This document shows positions 24,588-38,465 of a stretch of 64,000 nucleotides of DNA, piece by piece. Numbering within the stretch: position 1 is the stretch's first letter; each line of letters opens with the position of its first letter. Made by a program: the position numbers and the translations under genes. The DNA lies in assembly GCA_964016885.1 (NCBI GenBank), contig OZ024764.1, forward strand, positions 25,916,001-25,980,000, read 5' to 3'. Below the pieces are notes generated by a model, which saw only the letters and a list, made by a program, of their open reading frames with translations, did not search any database and was not told the DNA's origin. The DNA comes from Eledone cirrhosa (taxonomy: Eukaryota).

Positions 24588-24647
24588 ACGTACGTAACTG
24601 TCAAAAATTAGTTTCATTTTTGCGACGGGCCGTTTTGACGTATGCCA
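23071..24647. mobile_element. Putative TIR element or paired inverted termini in (TA)n
   Basis: About 62-bp imperfect inverted repeats at 23071-23133 (tggcatacgtcaaaacgg...) and 24586-24647 (...ccgttttgacgtatgcca). Confidence 0.55.
23143..23827 (+). mobile_element. tRNA-derived SINE carrying 12 tandem copies of its 45-bp head
   Basis: Unit (g/t)tag(g/t)gcggtggattggcagtatcggtag(a/g)gggtcggacgccatg x12, then a single B-box, body and tail. Confidence 0.9.
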
Positions 24648-25223
24648 TATATATATATACATACATGTAGGGGTTTGTGACTAAACTGCAGAATATGATT
24701 TTTGTTGTTGTAAGACAGTAGAGAGTGATATTTGGCTGCTATTTCTACCAGGTCAAGTAAACAGGTAGGAGACTCCCTCCTTGATACGTAATAAATATTT
24801 CACTGAGTGATGCTGCTTGTTTTACCAGGGGTTGGATACAATTGATGGAGTGAATTGATATAACTGAAGGTCTTTCTGAAGGTATTAAATTATGTCAGGG
24901 ACTTTTAACGCATGACACCGGTGTTATTCAGGAGAGTGAAATATTGTCAACAATACCACGTACCTACTATCTTAATTATAACTTTAATTAATCTAATTAT
25001 ATCTTGTGTAGCAATTATCTCATGTTAAGGTGAAAGTTAATATTCTGTAGATAACAGAGTGAGCTCCATGTTCCAGGGTAGGTGTTCCATCTCCTACATG
25101 ATTAAATATTTCATTTCATGAGAAACTACATTACATCGTGAATTGGTTGTTCCACATTTTACAGGACAGAGAGAAAGAGGTTTAAATCACCAACATCTGA
25201 ACAATTAGCTTCCCTGGTCTTTC

Positions 25224-26300
25224 TTGACTTTACACTTGGACTTGAAATATAAAGTACGTATTATTTGTATTGTTAACACACCAGATATTGTGTACTTTTC
25301 TACACTCCGTGGTGAACAATTCTCATTTATTAAGACACAAACACACACTCCCTCTCTTACACCTGTTTCTACCAATATAGATACAGTTACACAGACATAC
25401 AGTGGTGAGAAAACTTTACCTAGTGAAACATGTACTGAACAAGGATCATTATACAGAAATATTCCTGAATATAGCTGTGAGATTTGTAGGAAAACTTTCT
25501 CATCAGAAGATGAATTATCTACACACAAACACATTAAAGACAAACCTTATCATTGTGAAATATGTGGGAAATGTTTCAGTTGGAGTCGTGACTTGACAAA
25601 CCACAAAAGAACACACACTGGAGAAAAACCTTTCAAATGTAAAATATGTGGGAAATCTTTCAGTCTGGATTCCAATTTAATTAGGCATTTACGTTGTCAC
25701 AGTGGGGAAAAACCATTTCACTGTGAATTTTTGGGGAAATCTTTCGCTGAGAAAGCTAATCTTGTTAGACATATTCGTATTCACACCGGAGAGAAACCTG
25801 TTCACTGTGAAATATGTGGGAAATATTTTGCTGATAGTGCTGTTCTTATAGTTCACAGAAGAAGACACACTGGAGAGAAACACTTCCATTGTGAAATATG
25901 TGGAAAATCTTTTGTAACAAACAGTACGTTATACATAAAAGAACACACACTGGAGAGAAACCCTATCACTGTGAAACATGTGGGAAATCTTTTAGCTGGA
26001 GTAATATCTTAACTAAACACAAAAGAACACATACTGGAGAGAGACCCTATCATTGTGAAATATTTATGAACTCTTTTGGCAGGAGTAATGTCTTAACCAC
26101 ACACAAAAAGACACACACTTGTCAGAAACCCCATCAGTGCGAAATATGTGGGAAATCTTTCATTAGTAACAGTGAATATAATAAACACAAAATAACACAC
26201 ACTGGTGAAAATCTTTTTACACAGTGAAATATGTGGGAAATGTTTTTTCTCTAACAGTTACTTAGACACAGAGGAAGGAAAGTTTTTAACTGTGAAACAT
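25224..26300 (+). pseudogene. C2H2 zinc-finger array gene, frameshifted and degenerate (about 9-10 fingers)
   Basis: [16 protein letters not shown] repeats in ORFs 25224-26012 and 25898-26227; frame switch near 25930; Cys lost in CEFLGK and CEIFMN. Confidence 0.8.
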
Positions 26301-26913
26301 GAGACATCCTTCCTCTTACAAATCTAAACTTATTTTCCACCAATATCAAATCTGAATACTTGGCAGTTTGATAGACTCCAAACATTGCTGGCCATTTTTA
26401 CAAATATATTTTCATTTGAAATTAAAATCTTTCTCTGATCTATTCTTGACTTTTTGAATTAATTTTAAATCTATGCCAGAACTTTTAGCCTTGGTTTGTC
26501 AACATTCCCTGCTATAGTGTGTGTAATTAAGGGACCCTCTATCACATGAGGTAATGTCTTCTCTGGTATGATAAATTTTAGAGGCCTACACCAACATTCT
26601 CTGTTGTAGTGTGTAATTAAGGGACCTCTATCACCTGAGGTATTGCTGTGAGTGTCCAGTCTCAGAAATTTTAGAGGGTAACAAAAAACATTCTCTGTGA
26701 CAGTAATTGAAGGACTAGTTTTACCTGTTTTTCTTTTTCTTTCTGACTCCCTTTTTTTTATTGATTTTTTTGTTTTGTAAACAATTTATTAATTTTTCAT
26801 AATTAATTTTATAAATTGTATTTATGTTCTAAATTTCATTTTATTTGTTGCTAACAAAAGAATTATATTTAAGTAATTTATCAAGTCTGTAACTTCAACT
26901 TTTTGTTATTTTG

Positions 26914-27201
26914 CCATCTAAATCTCTGTTATTAACACCATATGTAATGATATCATCTTGTAAGTAGTTTTAATACATCTAACACCCATCTAAATCTCTG
27001 TTATTAACACCATATGTAATGATATCATCTTGCAAGTACTTTTAATACATCTAACACCCATCTAAATCTCTGTTATTAACACTATATGTAATGATATCAT
27101 CTTGTTAGTAGTTTTAATACATCTAACACCCATCTAAATCTCTGTTATTAACACCATATGTAATGATATCATCTTGTTAGTAGTTTTAATACATCTAACA
27201 C
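26914..27201 (+). repeat. 72-bp tandem repeat x4 (unrelated to the 10600 array)
   Basis: ccatctaaatctctgttattaacaccatatgtaatgatatcatcttg... at 26914, 26986, 27058, 27130. Confidence 0.9.
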
Positions 27202-27430
27202 AAACACTTCAATATTGTTTAAAATCATTGAAATTCTATCACTCTCCGTATATTTTACAACTGAAATTTAGAAATTTGACAATATCCTGGTTATAGGGCC
27301 ACTAACTTTGGTGGTATCATTGTTTCCCTAAATAACACGAAAAATTAAAACTTAGTCACAAAATATCACAAACTGTTGAAGTATTAGTTGTTTGTTGTTG
27401 AATTTGTAGTAATGGAGATTTCTGGCATTA

Positions 27431-27790
27431 TTGGTCCCTATACCACCTCCCTACTAACTGTTATCACGGTGGAGTTAGCCACCCACAGGAGTGTCATGTT
27501 AAACTATAGTGGTGGAGTCAATTGTCAGACTTGGTCCCTATACCACCTCCCTACTAACTGTTATCAGGGTGGAGTTGGCCACCCACAGGAGTGTCTTGTT
27601 AAACTATAGTGTTGGAGACAATTGTCAGGCTTGGTCCCTATATCACCTCCCTACTAACTGTTATCAGGGTGGAGTTAGCCACACACAGGAGTGTCTTGTT
27701 AAACTATAGTGGTGGAGACAATTGTCAGACTTGGTCCCTAAACTACTTCCCTACTAACTGTTATCAGAGTGGAGTTGGCCACACACAGGA
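27431..27790 (+). repeat. 100-bp tandem repeat x3.6
   Basis: ttggtcccta at 27431, 27531, 27631, 27731. Confidence 0.9.
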
Positions 27791-28779
27791 GAGAGCCCCA
27801 CAAGTTTTAAAAGTTATTGCAACACATCTCACTTGCTGTCCTCCAGGGTAACCCCCTATCACCATTCTGTCCTCTCCTGGGACCACAAGGTAGCTGGTAC
27901 CTAGTGTTCTCCATGCCAGAGAGAATTCTCCCACACTGTCCAGGTTTGTATCATTGGGGGTAGTGATGGTATAGTTTACTGATTGTTGTTAGTCACAGTA
28001 AATTATAAGAAATGTTTCAAGAAATATGAAGCAACAAATATTATTTGCTAAAACTAGTTAAATCTCTATTGATTTATAAATTAGGCTCAAGAGCAGCAGA
28101 TTTAGGAAAGGAGCAAAGTTGATTAAATCAACCCCAATTCAGATCAGATGACCGTATCTTGGTTTCCATGACTGGATGCCCTTCATAACGCCAACTACAT
28201 TTGCAGTCTGTACTGGGTGCTTTCTGCAGTATCACCAAAATGACCACAGTGTGGACTGGGCTCTATCATGGCACCAAAATGACTACTTTACAGTGTGGAC
28301 TGGATACTTTTTGTTGTGGCACCAAGACAATCACACTACAGTGTCGACTATGGGCTGGGGTGGGGAGATTGATCAAATGTGGGGAACTTATCTGGTGAAG
28401 GGTGGGCTGTATGTGGAGTGTTAGGACATGGGTGGAGGGAGGTGGGAATTGGGTGAAAGGGGAAGGGTATGGTAGGATGTGCATACTAGATGTATACTTT
28501 AACCATGCCCATTGGAAGGCAAGTCCTCGGTATAACGACGTAACGCCAGATATCTCAATCCTGTGTCATCATTTGTGAGATGTGTAATTGTGCAAAGTCA
28601 GCTTTTATCACCTCACCCCAAGTCTACTCCATAGCTTCCATCAACTTTGAGTAACCTGCATCTTTGTATACTGCTGTCATCCTTTATACACATCACATGT
28701 CCATATCAATGTAATTTCCTCTCCTGCATACAGCATCATATATATCATCACCATCATTATCCTTTTTACAACAGTTTTC

Positions 28780-29890
28780 CAATACTTGCATGGGTTGGAT
28801 GGGTCCATTTCAGCACAACATCTCTCCACTTTCCCCATTCCTCTGTCATCTCCTCTGTGAATCTCAGTAATTTGAGATCAGCTTTCATCACCTCTGTCCA
28901 GGTCTTTCTTGGTCTACCTCTACTGTAGCTTCATTCCTCTTGGTTCCCCTGGCACTTCTTCACCCAATGATCATCATCTATGTACATCAAATGTCCGTAT
29001 CAACACAGTCTTCTCTCTTGCACACCACTTCGGATTCCCCTTAAACCCAGTTTCTCCCTCAGTTCATCCAGGCTCTGTCTTTCTTGCACATTTGGATTGC
29101 ACATCCACTGAAGCATGGCTGCTTCATTTCTTTCAAGACAATGCATATCCTCGGCAGTCACTGCCCGTGTTTCACTACCATGTAGCACCACATGTCCTCT
29201 GCAGTCACAGCCCATGTTTCACTGCCATGTAGCACCACGTATCCTCTGCAGTCACAGCCCATGTTTCACTACCATGTAGCACCACGTATCCTCTGCAGTC
29301 ACAGCCCATGTTTCACTACCATGTAGCATCACATATCCTATGCAGTCACTGCCCATGTTCCACTACCATGTAGGACCACACTACCCATGTTTCACTACCA
29401 TGTAACACCGCAATTCACACACAGACATCATACAGTCATCCTTTTGTACATTGACAAAAACTTTTATCAACGGTGGGAGTAACTTTCTAAACTTCCCCAT
29501 CCTCTCCTTATTCTAGCTATTATGTTCTCAGGTTACCCTCCTCTGCTGCTAATTAAGTCACCTAGATAACAGAAGCTACCACTTCTGTGGATCCTTCCTG
29601 TCATTAGAATAGGCTTATATCATTGACGCTCTTCTCCTCAATTACCCCTATGTATCTTTTACGTACAAAATCTTCCCTTCGTCTTAGCCAACCCGATATC
29701 CCACTACATCACTTGAGTATCAAAGATTTACATTGTGTACATTCTGTAGAGTTTATGCCTACTTCTTTTCTAAATATTGAACAGGGCCACTTCCCCATGG
29801 GAATCAAGGTCCTGTCTTCTTTCCTACTTATTATTATATTAGTTTTGGCTAAGTTTTCTCTGAAACCTTTTGATTCCAACTTCTGTTTTT
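28780..29890 (-). mobile_element. Degenerate RTE LINE 3' fragment with an internal 47-bp tandem repeat (29152-29410)
   Basis: LHGSETRAVTAEDMHCLERNEAAMLQWMC...ELREKLGLRGIRSGVQERRLC; LESKGFRENLAKT..GKWPCS..GINSTECTQC. Confidence 0.75.
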
Positions 29891-30919
29891 GTCGAAACGC
29901 CATACCACACTGTCCTTTGCGTGGGTTAATAACGGACATGTCAAGGCCTTAAGTAGAGGGGTCTGTTCGAAAAATATATTGCAGTCTCCATTTCATGCTG
30001 CAAAAACTTGTGATGAGCCTGCATCCTGTCCTGGGAGGCGTGGGATGGACGGTCAAACGTTGCCTATCCCGAGACCCCAAAGTTGGAACCTGGAACATCA
30101 CAACCCTTACAGGTAAGGAGCAGGAACTAGTGGAGGAGGCTAGATGTTAAACCTCCCCAGTAAAGTTTATGCTGTGTGCCTGGCAAATAGTTGATAATTT
30201 CACTGCTATTTCTAGCAGGGTGAGTGACCATGTAGAAGTTTTCGTATAGATATATAATTAATATTTTACTGAGTGATACTTTATGATGTACCATCGATTA
30301 GATACGATTGGGACTGTGTCAGAATGTATTGAATTATATTGGGGACTTTTAACGTATCACACCGGTAAGAGGTGAAACGTTGTCAACGACACCGAGTACC
30401 TGCTGTCTTCATTATAACTTTAATTAATCTGATTATATCTTGTGTAACAATTATATGTATATATATATATACACACACAATTTTCTCTCCCCAACATCAG
30501 TCTTACACTGTCATATCTATTCTTACTTTACAATTGTGTCTACTAAGAGTTCCATTACAATCTGTAGTAGTAAAACTACTATTTCACCAGAACATCTGCT
30601 ATCAGTCATTTATAGACAATATATATATCTATATTTTAGACCACATATCAACCTAATATATATATATTTCCTATCAAATCTGTAGCTAAAGACATAAAGT
30701 CAGCCTCACTACTTCATTCTGATAAGATATCAATTTATGACTAAAGATGAAGAAGATACACCAACGTTAATGTCGTGAAATAAAGCTGATAACATCTTTG
30801 AAACTTCTAATTTGATAACAAAGAGATTATTTCTTTGGTTGTTTAGTAACAACTAACAACACAACACATTGATTATATGTGAAGGAGGTAAGTTGACAAA
30901 GATTTACTTGAAGTCTATA

Positions 30920-31108
30920 ATAATTGTTTCTACTTTTGGCACAAGGCCAGCAATTAACAAGTACATTACTGGTACTTTATTTTATCGACCCCATAAGGAT
31001 GAAAGGCAAAGTTAACCTCGACGGGATTTGAACGCAGACCGTAAAGGGACGTAACTATGCTGGAAAACATGGCGTCCAACCCTCTACCGATACTGCCAAT
31101 TCACCGTT
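30920..31108 (-). mobile_element. tRNA-derived SINE (same family as 23633-23827)
   Basis: Reverse complement of the full head, body and tail. Confidence 0.85.
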
Positions 31109-31339
31109 GAAGTCTATAATAATGATAGCCACAAATACTAACTGCTATACTGTACATTATATAATGTAGTCCTAGATACACTATGTCTGATAGCCACTAT
31201 ACTGTACATTAGATAATGTAGTCCTAGATACACTATGTCTGATAGCCACTATGAAATACTTGTAGAACCCATCTTATATTATAATGTGTCTGAGTATTTT
31301 ATTGATACGTATACCGTTGACATTGTTCTCAGGGAGATT

Positions 31340-31530
31340 CAGTGTGACAATTCTATGTAACAACGTTTCCACTATAATTACTGGTACAACTTATTATTTT
31401 TGCCAGCTGGGTGAAATAAAACAATGAGAAATAAAGTGTCTTGTTCAAGGCCTCAACGTACAGGTCGCCAGGTCTGGGTTTCGAACTCATGAACCATACG
31501 TTCATGTATTGCGTGCTATCACCGCCTAAA
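31340..31530 (-). mobile_element. Degenerate tRNA-derived SINE with a CORE-like central domain
   Basis: Minus strand gagttcgaaaccc (B-box) followed by ccttgaacaagacactttattt. Confidence 0.45.
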
Positions 31531-32054
31531 TCCGGTTTCCTCCACACAAAATACACCGGAATGACTTAATCCGGATTAATTCACGAACAAGAATTACAAT
31601 AAGTCGCTGAGAGTGATCTCCCTTGGCGTACTTTAAAATCTTTTCTTCCATTAAAAATTAATTTGTTTCATGTCTGACTGAAAGACTCTGGAGTTTTTAC
31701 CTGTCTTGGGTTAAATTAATGAGGAATTTTGAGGTATTTATAGCAATTAATAATTATTTCATTACTGAGATATCATTTGAAGGATTTACTAAAGTTTTTG
31801 ATTATTAATTATTTTATTAGTAACTTAACATGTGGTTCTTGTATAAAATTATGTTGGAAGATTTTAGGAAGAAGCTATGTAGCCGGTCCCGGTAAAATAG
31901 ACTCCCAGATTATGTAGCCGGTAAGAGTGTCAGACTCCATGCGTTGCGGCCCTTTATGGTCTGAGTTGAGACAATTTAAAATCTTTTCTACCATCAATTG
32001 TTAAAAAAACAAGTTAAAGTCATTTTGTCGTCCATTCGTAACGTACGTTACACT

Positions 32055-32545
32055 TTAGTTACATATACACACATCTACTGTGTTATATACACACACATCT
32101 ACTGTGTTACATACACACACATCTACTGTGTTATATATACATACATCTACTGTGTTATATACACACACATCTACTGTTACATAATACACATCTACTGTGT
32201 TACATACACCACATCTGTATTACGTACACACATCTACTGTGTTACATAGACATCTACTGTCTTACATACACACACATCTACTGTGTTGTATACACACACA
32301 TCTACAGTGTTACATAAACATCTACTGTGTTACATACACACACATCTACTGTGTTACATACACACATCTACTGGGGTTACACACATCTATGTTACATACA
32401 TACACATCTACTGTGTTACATACACACACATCTACTGAGTTACATACACACACATCTACTGAGTTACATACACACATCTACTGTGTTATATTCACACATC
32501 TACCATGTTACATACACACACATCTACTGGATTACACATCTAATC
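32055..32545 (+). repeat. About 21-25-bp minisatellite (catctactgtgttacatacaca)n
   Basis: About 20 degenerate copies. Confidence 0.9.
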
Positions 32546-32967
32546 ATATATATTCATAAATAGACACACAATACAAAATAATTATTACATACACACACAT
32601 CTATGTAATGATTGAAGAAGGAAGGGGCTGGTGAAACGCTATAGCGATGTGCGTGTTGCGTACCTTTAAGGTTTACCAGCTTCGTAGCCTATTCGAAGAT
32701 TTTATTATAATTATGAACCTTGTATTTCCATTAAGTATGAATAGTTTTGAGCTATTTATCACAATTGTTAGTTAATTACTAACATAGTAACTTACCATAT
32801 GGTTGTTATATAGAATTTCGTTGGAAGACTTTAATTTAGATAGGAACCATTTCCATAGAACGAGAACCTATTTTGGCTGGGTTTCTACCAAAAGGGTTAA
32901 TGAAGAATTTTGAACAATTTACTAAAATTATTAATTATTTCATTACTAGGATAATGTTTGAATACAC

Positions 32968-33003
<36 letters not shown>

Positions 33004-33442
33004 AGTATATACAGTATATATATATATAGTATACAAAAGATGTAGTGGGATAGTGTGTAGTCTTAAGACAAGTCTGTCCAGATAGCTGCGCTGTAGCTTA
33101 TACTTATTGGGACTGTGTTGGCTAGCAGGCCTGTATTTTGGGATCTAGCTGGTCCCTTATGAGGGAGGTCTGGTTAGTTGGCAGCACCATGCCTTACTTG
33201 GGGTATATGTATGTATAGAAATAAGTTATTGTATATATGGTCCATCTATATGTATACATGTATGTTTAAGTATGTGTTTGCATACATATATACATTTTCA
33301 GATGTATACACGTAAGAGTATATATATATTTATATATATATATGTATATTTATAAATATATAAACATACATATGAGTGTGTATATATATATATATTTATA
33401 TATCAATCATCTTTTAATATGTATGTATATATAAAATATATA

Positions 33443-33521
33443 CAGGGTCATCCACAAAAAATGTATACACACTTCAACTACAGTCTATGTAAATGTGTAT
33501 ACATATTTTAGGGGCACCCTG
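33443..33521. mobile_element. About 80-bp Tc1/mariner-type MITE; inverted copy at about 34418-34492
   Basis: ta-cagggt...caccctg-ta termini. Confidence 0.65.
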
Positions 33522-34538
33522 TATATATACATATCATGTAACGTGACTCCTACTATTATTGGTTGTACAGATCGTCACAGATGAAAATATTTATTTCGAC
33601 CAAGATTGAATATTTAATGGAATTAAGTGGAATTAGACAATAAAACAGTGAAATGAAGACATAAGAGGTAGATAGAGTAAAAGAAGAGAGGGGTGGAGAG
33701 AATTAACACAGTTTTGTCTTTCTATCTCTCTCACTTCTCCTCCTTCCATATATTATTCTCTCTTACAAGCAGATCGCCACGCCACCTTTCGAGTAAACTA
33801 CGAATCTCTGAAAGACTATGGGTGATAACTCATTTTAAAAATTAAAGAACCAGCCCGGTTGGAACCATGTAACACTTTAGTCCTGGTGTTAGTAAGCCAG
33901 ACTGCTCACATTAGTAAATTATTGTAGCGCCCTCTTTACAGTAAACAGTGATACTATATAAAAGCAGTAGGAGATAACTCTGTAGACACTATAGTAAACT
34001 ACGTGAGATTCGAACCCTTGTAAGATGAGGGAGCTGAGTTTAGTAAGCCGAGCCGCTACTAATTCAACCACATTAAAGTTTATAAAGAGAGGACATTTTG
34101 TTTTTCTCTCTTTTAACCTCAACATTTCACTGTTTTATTGTCTTATTTCCTAATAAATTCCACTTAATTCCATTAAACATTCAATCTTGGTCATAATAAA
34201 CTACTGAATCTATATTTTTGTCACAATTACAACTTTTATTTCGACATATTTCATTAATATATAGTTATATTATTAAGTTAATGTGGCCAACACGTTAATT
34301 TTATTTAATCTCCTCATTTTCTTCCATGTTTAACAGATTCTACACAAAATTGTTAATAAAATACATGTATATTTATTTATACACATGTAGGAGACGTTTA
34401 ATGATATGTGTATATAGAATGTCCCACAAAAATGTATACACACTTACATAGGCTGTAGTTGAAGTGTGTATACATTTTGGGGAGACCCTGTATATATTTT
34501 ATATACACATATATATGTTAAAAGATTATTGATATATA

Positions 34539-34601
<63 letters not shown>

Positions 34602-34686
34602 GCACATATATTTATAAATATATACTCTTATGTATTCCATTAAATATTCTACACGTGTATATATGTATATATATATATATATATAT

Positions 34687-34826
34687 ATAGGAACCAGTAA
34701 GACCCCGACAGCTGAGCTCAAGCCGTTTCGACGGCTAATTCTGGACGCGAATTCTGGCTAATTCGCGTCCAGAATTAGCCGTCGAAACGGCTTGAGCTCA
34801 GCTGTCGGGGTCTTACTGGTTCCTAT
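34687..34826. repeat. Perfect inverted repeat: 67-bp arms, 6-nt spacer
   Basis: 34687-34753 is the exact reverse complement of 34760-34826; spacer ctggct. Confidence 0.95.
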
Positions 34827-34894
34827 TACCCACTCTACTACCTCAAGTATTGAGTACTTTGGTGCGTTATGGTCCACCTGGTTCCTTACCACAT

Positions 34895-35598
<704 letters not shown>

Positions 35599-35921
35599 TC
35601 TTATGTGTATACGTCTGAAAATGTATATATGTATGTAAATATATTTTTATACATACATGTATACATATAGATGGACAGTTATGCACATAAAATATTTTAT
35701 TATATGAGAGTATTGAAGTTTGCTTGAAGCATTGTGGAACAATTGATATATAAATATATATATATATATATATACACACTCATATGTATGTTTATATATA
35801 TATATATATACACACTCATATGTATGTTTATATATATATATACACACTCATATGTATGTTTATATATTTATAAATATACATATATATATAAAGATATATA
35901 TACTCTTACGTGATATATTTT

Positions 35922-35976
35922 TAATTGCTAACAGTGTTTCGTCCACACTAGAAGTGGGACTCTTCAGAGCATAAAG
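35922..35976 (-). ncRNA. Minimal type-I hammerhead ribozyme at the Penelope 3' end
   Basis: Minus strand: ugcu CUGAAGA gucc-cacuucuagugu-ggac GAAA c acu GUU agca; predicted cleavage between 35930 and 35929. Confidence 0.8.
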
Positions 35977-38465
35977 AGTAAATACATAGTATACAAGCAT
36001 TGACAAAGCCAAAACAGAAGAATATATGTGGGGATACCATAAGTTGGGAGGAGTTTAAAGAGTAAAATAAGAAAAGAGTAAAATAAAAATAAAAATAAAA
36101 ATGAAAAATAAGAAATGTTATCACTCTCAGTTGGGCAGGGTTCCGTTAACATACAGCTACATACAAGTATACGCATAAGCATGAGCACCCGCATGCACCT
36201 ACACACAAGCACCCGTATGCAACACATACAGTATACACTAATACAAATAACATATCATAGACGGATGGGCACAAGTTAAGAGATAGAGATAGATAAAAAA
36301 TAGATAAGAGGTAGATAAAAAATAGATAAAAAAAGATAAAAAAATAGATAAGAAATAGATAAAAAATAGATAAAAAATAATAAAATAAAATAAAATAAAA
36401 TAAAGTAAAGTAAAATATACACCAGAAGATAAATAAAACAATACACCAAAAAAAATGGAGTAAAATATACACCATAAAGGAAGGTGTGGGTAAAGATAAG
36501 ACTGGCAAATGCATAAGCTATCAAGCTATGTTCAACAAGTGATATACGTACAATATATAAAATATACAAAAATATATACAAAATTATATATAAAAAATAT
36601 ATATAAAAGAGAAAGAGACGTATATATAAGGATATATATATATATATATATACACATATCAGTCCAAGTAATGCATATTTATAAAAATGTAACTGGGGGT
36701 AAAAAGATGTAATAAGGGTAATCAAGATGGTAATTATTAGGGCATGTAATAATAATATTATTATAAAAATCCTAAGGTGACACTAGTGTTGACTCATGGT
36801 GATATATGGAATATATCAGGAGCACACGAACGCCTTAGGTGTTGCAGTTAGCCGCAGTTCAACAATAGAGTGTTCGAATGAGATTTTTTATTTTTTTATT
36901 TTTTATGAACAGATGCTATGTCCGCACTAGATTGAGTGGACCATTACAATGCAATGGAAACATCCCAGGTTGGACAGTCCCAAAAGTTCACACTCCAAAG
37001 TTCAATCCACAGGTGTGCATTCATAGAGTTGAGCGGTTGGGCAATCCCAAAAAGTTCACACTCCAAAGTTCAATACACTGATGTGCATTCATAGAGTTGA
37101 GCACTCAGGCAAGAATTAATTGGTTAACAAGGTGTATCCGTATCACAAGCAGGAGCATATGCTGGGAAGGTTGCAGGCAAATTCATATACAGCAGCACGA
37201 ACATCAAGAGGCAAATAACTGAGGCGCATATTAGTGAGCAGAAGCAGGCAAGTGCAGGTGGTAAAACACAGTCAGGTGAAGCAGGTTATTATGCATACCA
37301 TTTAATATAAGAAAACTCAACAACGCGCATAACAAATAGCTTCCAAAGCCGATAACCACAAAATCACAACATTGAGCAACAATCCGGCATCGCAAGAATG
37401 TACGCAACATTAGGATTAGTCCAGAGACAGTATATGTATACTTATACATACACACATACATACAAACATGTATATACAGAGACAGTATACATACACACAT
37501 ATACAGAGACAGTATATATATATATATATATACACATACACGTATATACACATAAATATATACATACACACACACACACACACCGCACCGGATACCCAAA
37601 TCTACGCGGATATATTACACAAAATATCTTACCCAGCTAACAAAAGTCAAAAACCCATAACAGTTGCTCTCACTGGTTGCAGATAATGTAGTTTCACAGT
37701 AAATTAGCCAGAGTAATCACGATTAATATTCAAAATAAAACCTTATGAGGAGATGCGTATTCACACGTGTAGTCACCAGATTCAAGTATAAACAAACCAT
37801 TAATAAATACGGAAGGCTATCGGGGCCAAGACGTTATTCTTGGGAGAATAACACAGAGCGTCAATCTATGGAAGGCCAACTATGCCAAAAATACAACACC
37901 GGGCAAAAACATCCCAAAGTCAGCATGTAGACTGTAAACCGCAGAATAGGAGGGTAACACATACATGTACTCCATATCTACTGCCTACGGCGAGATGGCA
38001 CAGGTCAGCTCACAGTGACTGGCTAAATCTCCGTCCCATATGGGCACAGGCCCATTGGTTCATTCCGAGTCAACATGGTAATTTAAATAAACTAAAATAA
38101 GATAAAATGCGAGGGGCAGGTTAAATATAATCAATTGTGCATCTTATAACGCAGTACACACTCTACATAGATGTATTACATCACAACTCATGAGCATACA
38201 AAGGTACAAATCCATACAATACACGTTGGGATAGACCCACCAATGCACAAACACACACACGGTGGCTGGGCAAGTATGGAAGGGTCACATCCACTGTACC
38301 GAACAAGGGTGCTTATTAACATATACACCAACTCACGTATACACCTCGATATCCAAATTCCATATTCACATGCAGGCATACATATACACACAGACACATA
38401 TACAAACAAGACAAACAATAGGAGACAATTACACTAGATTACCCAACTGGAGAATTCTGAAAGTG

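Noticed and set aside
32608-32650. Hammerhead-like ttgaagaagg...gaaacgcta (a similar trace lies near 62400-62425)
   Set aside because: Core mutated and stems cannot be formed; at most decayed remnants
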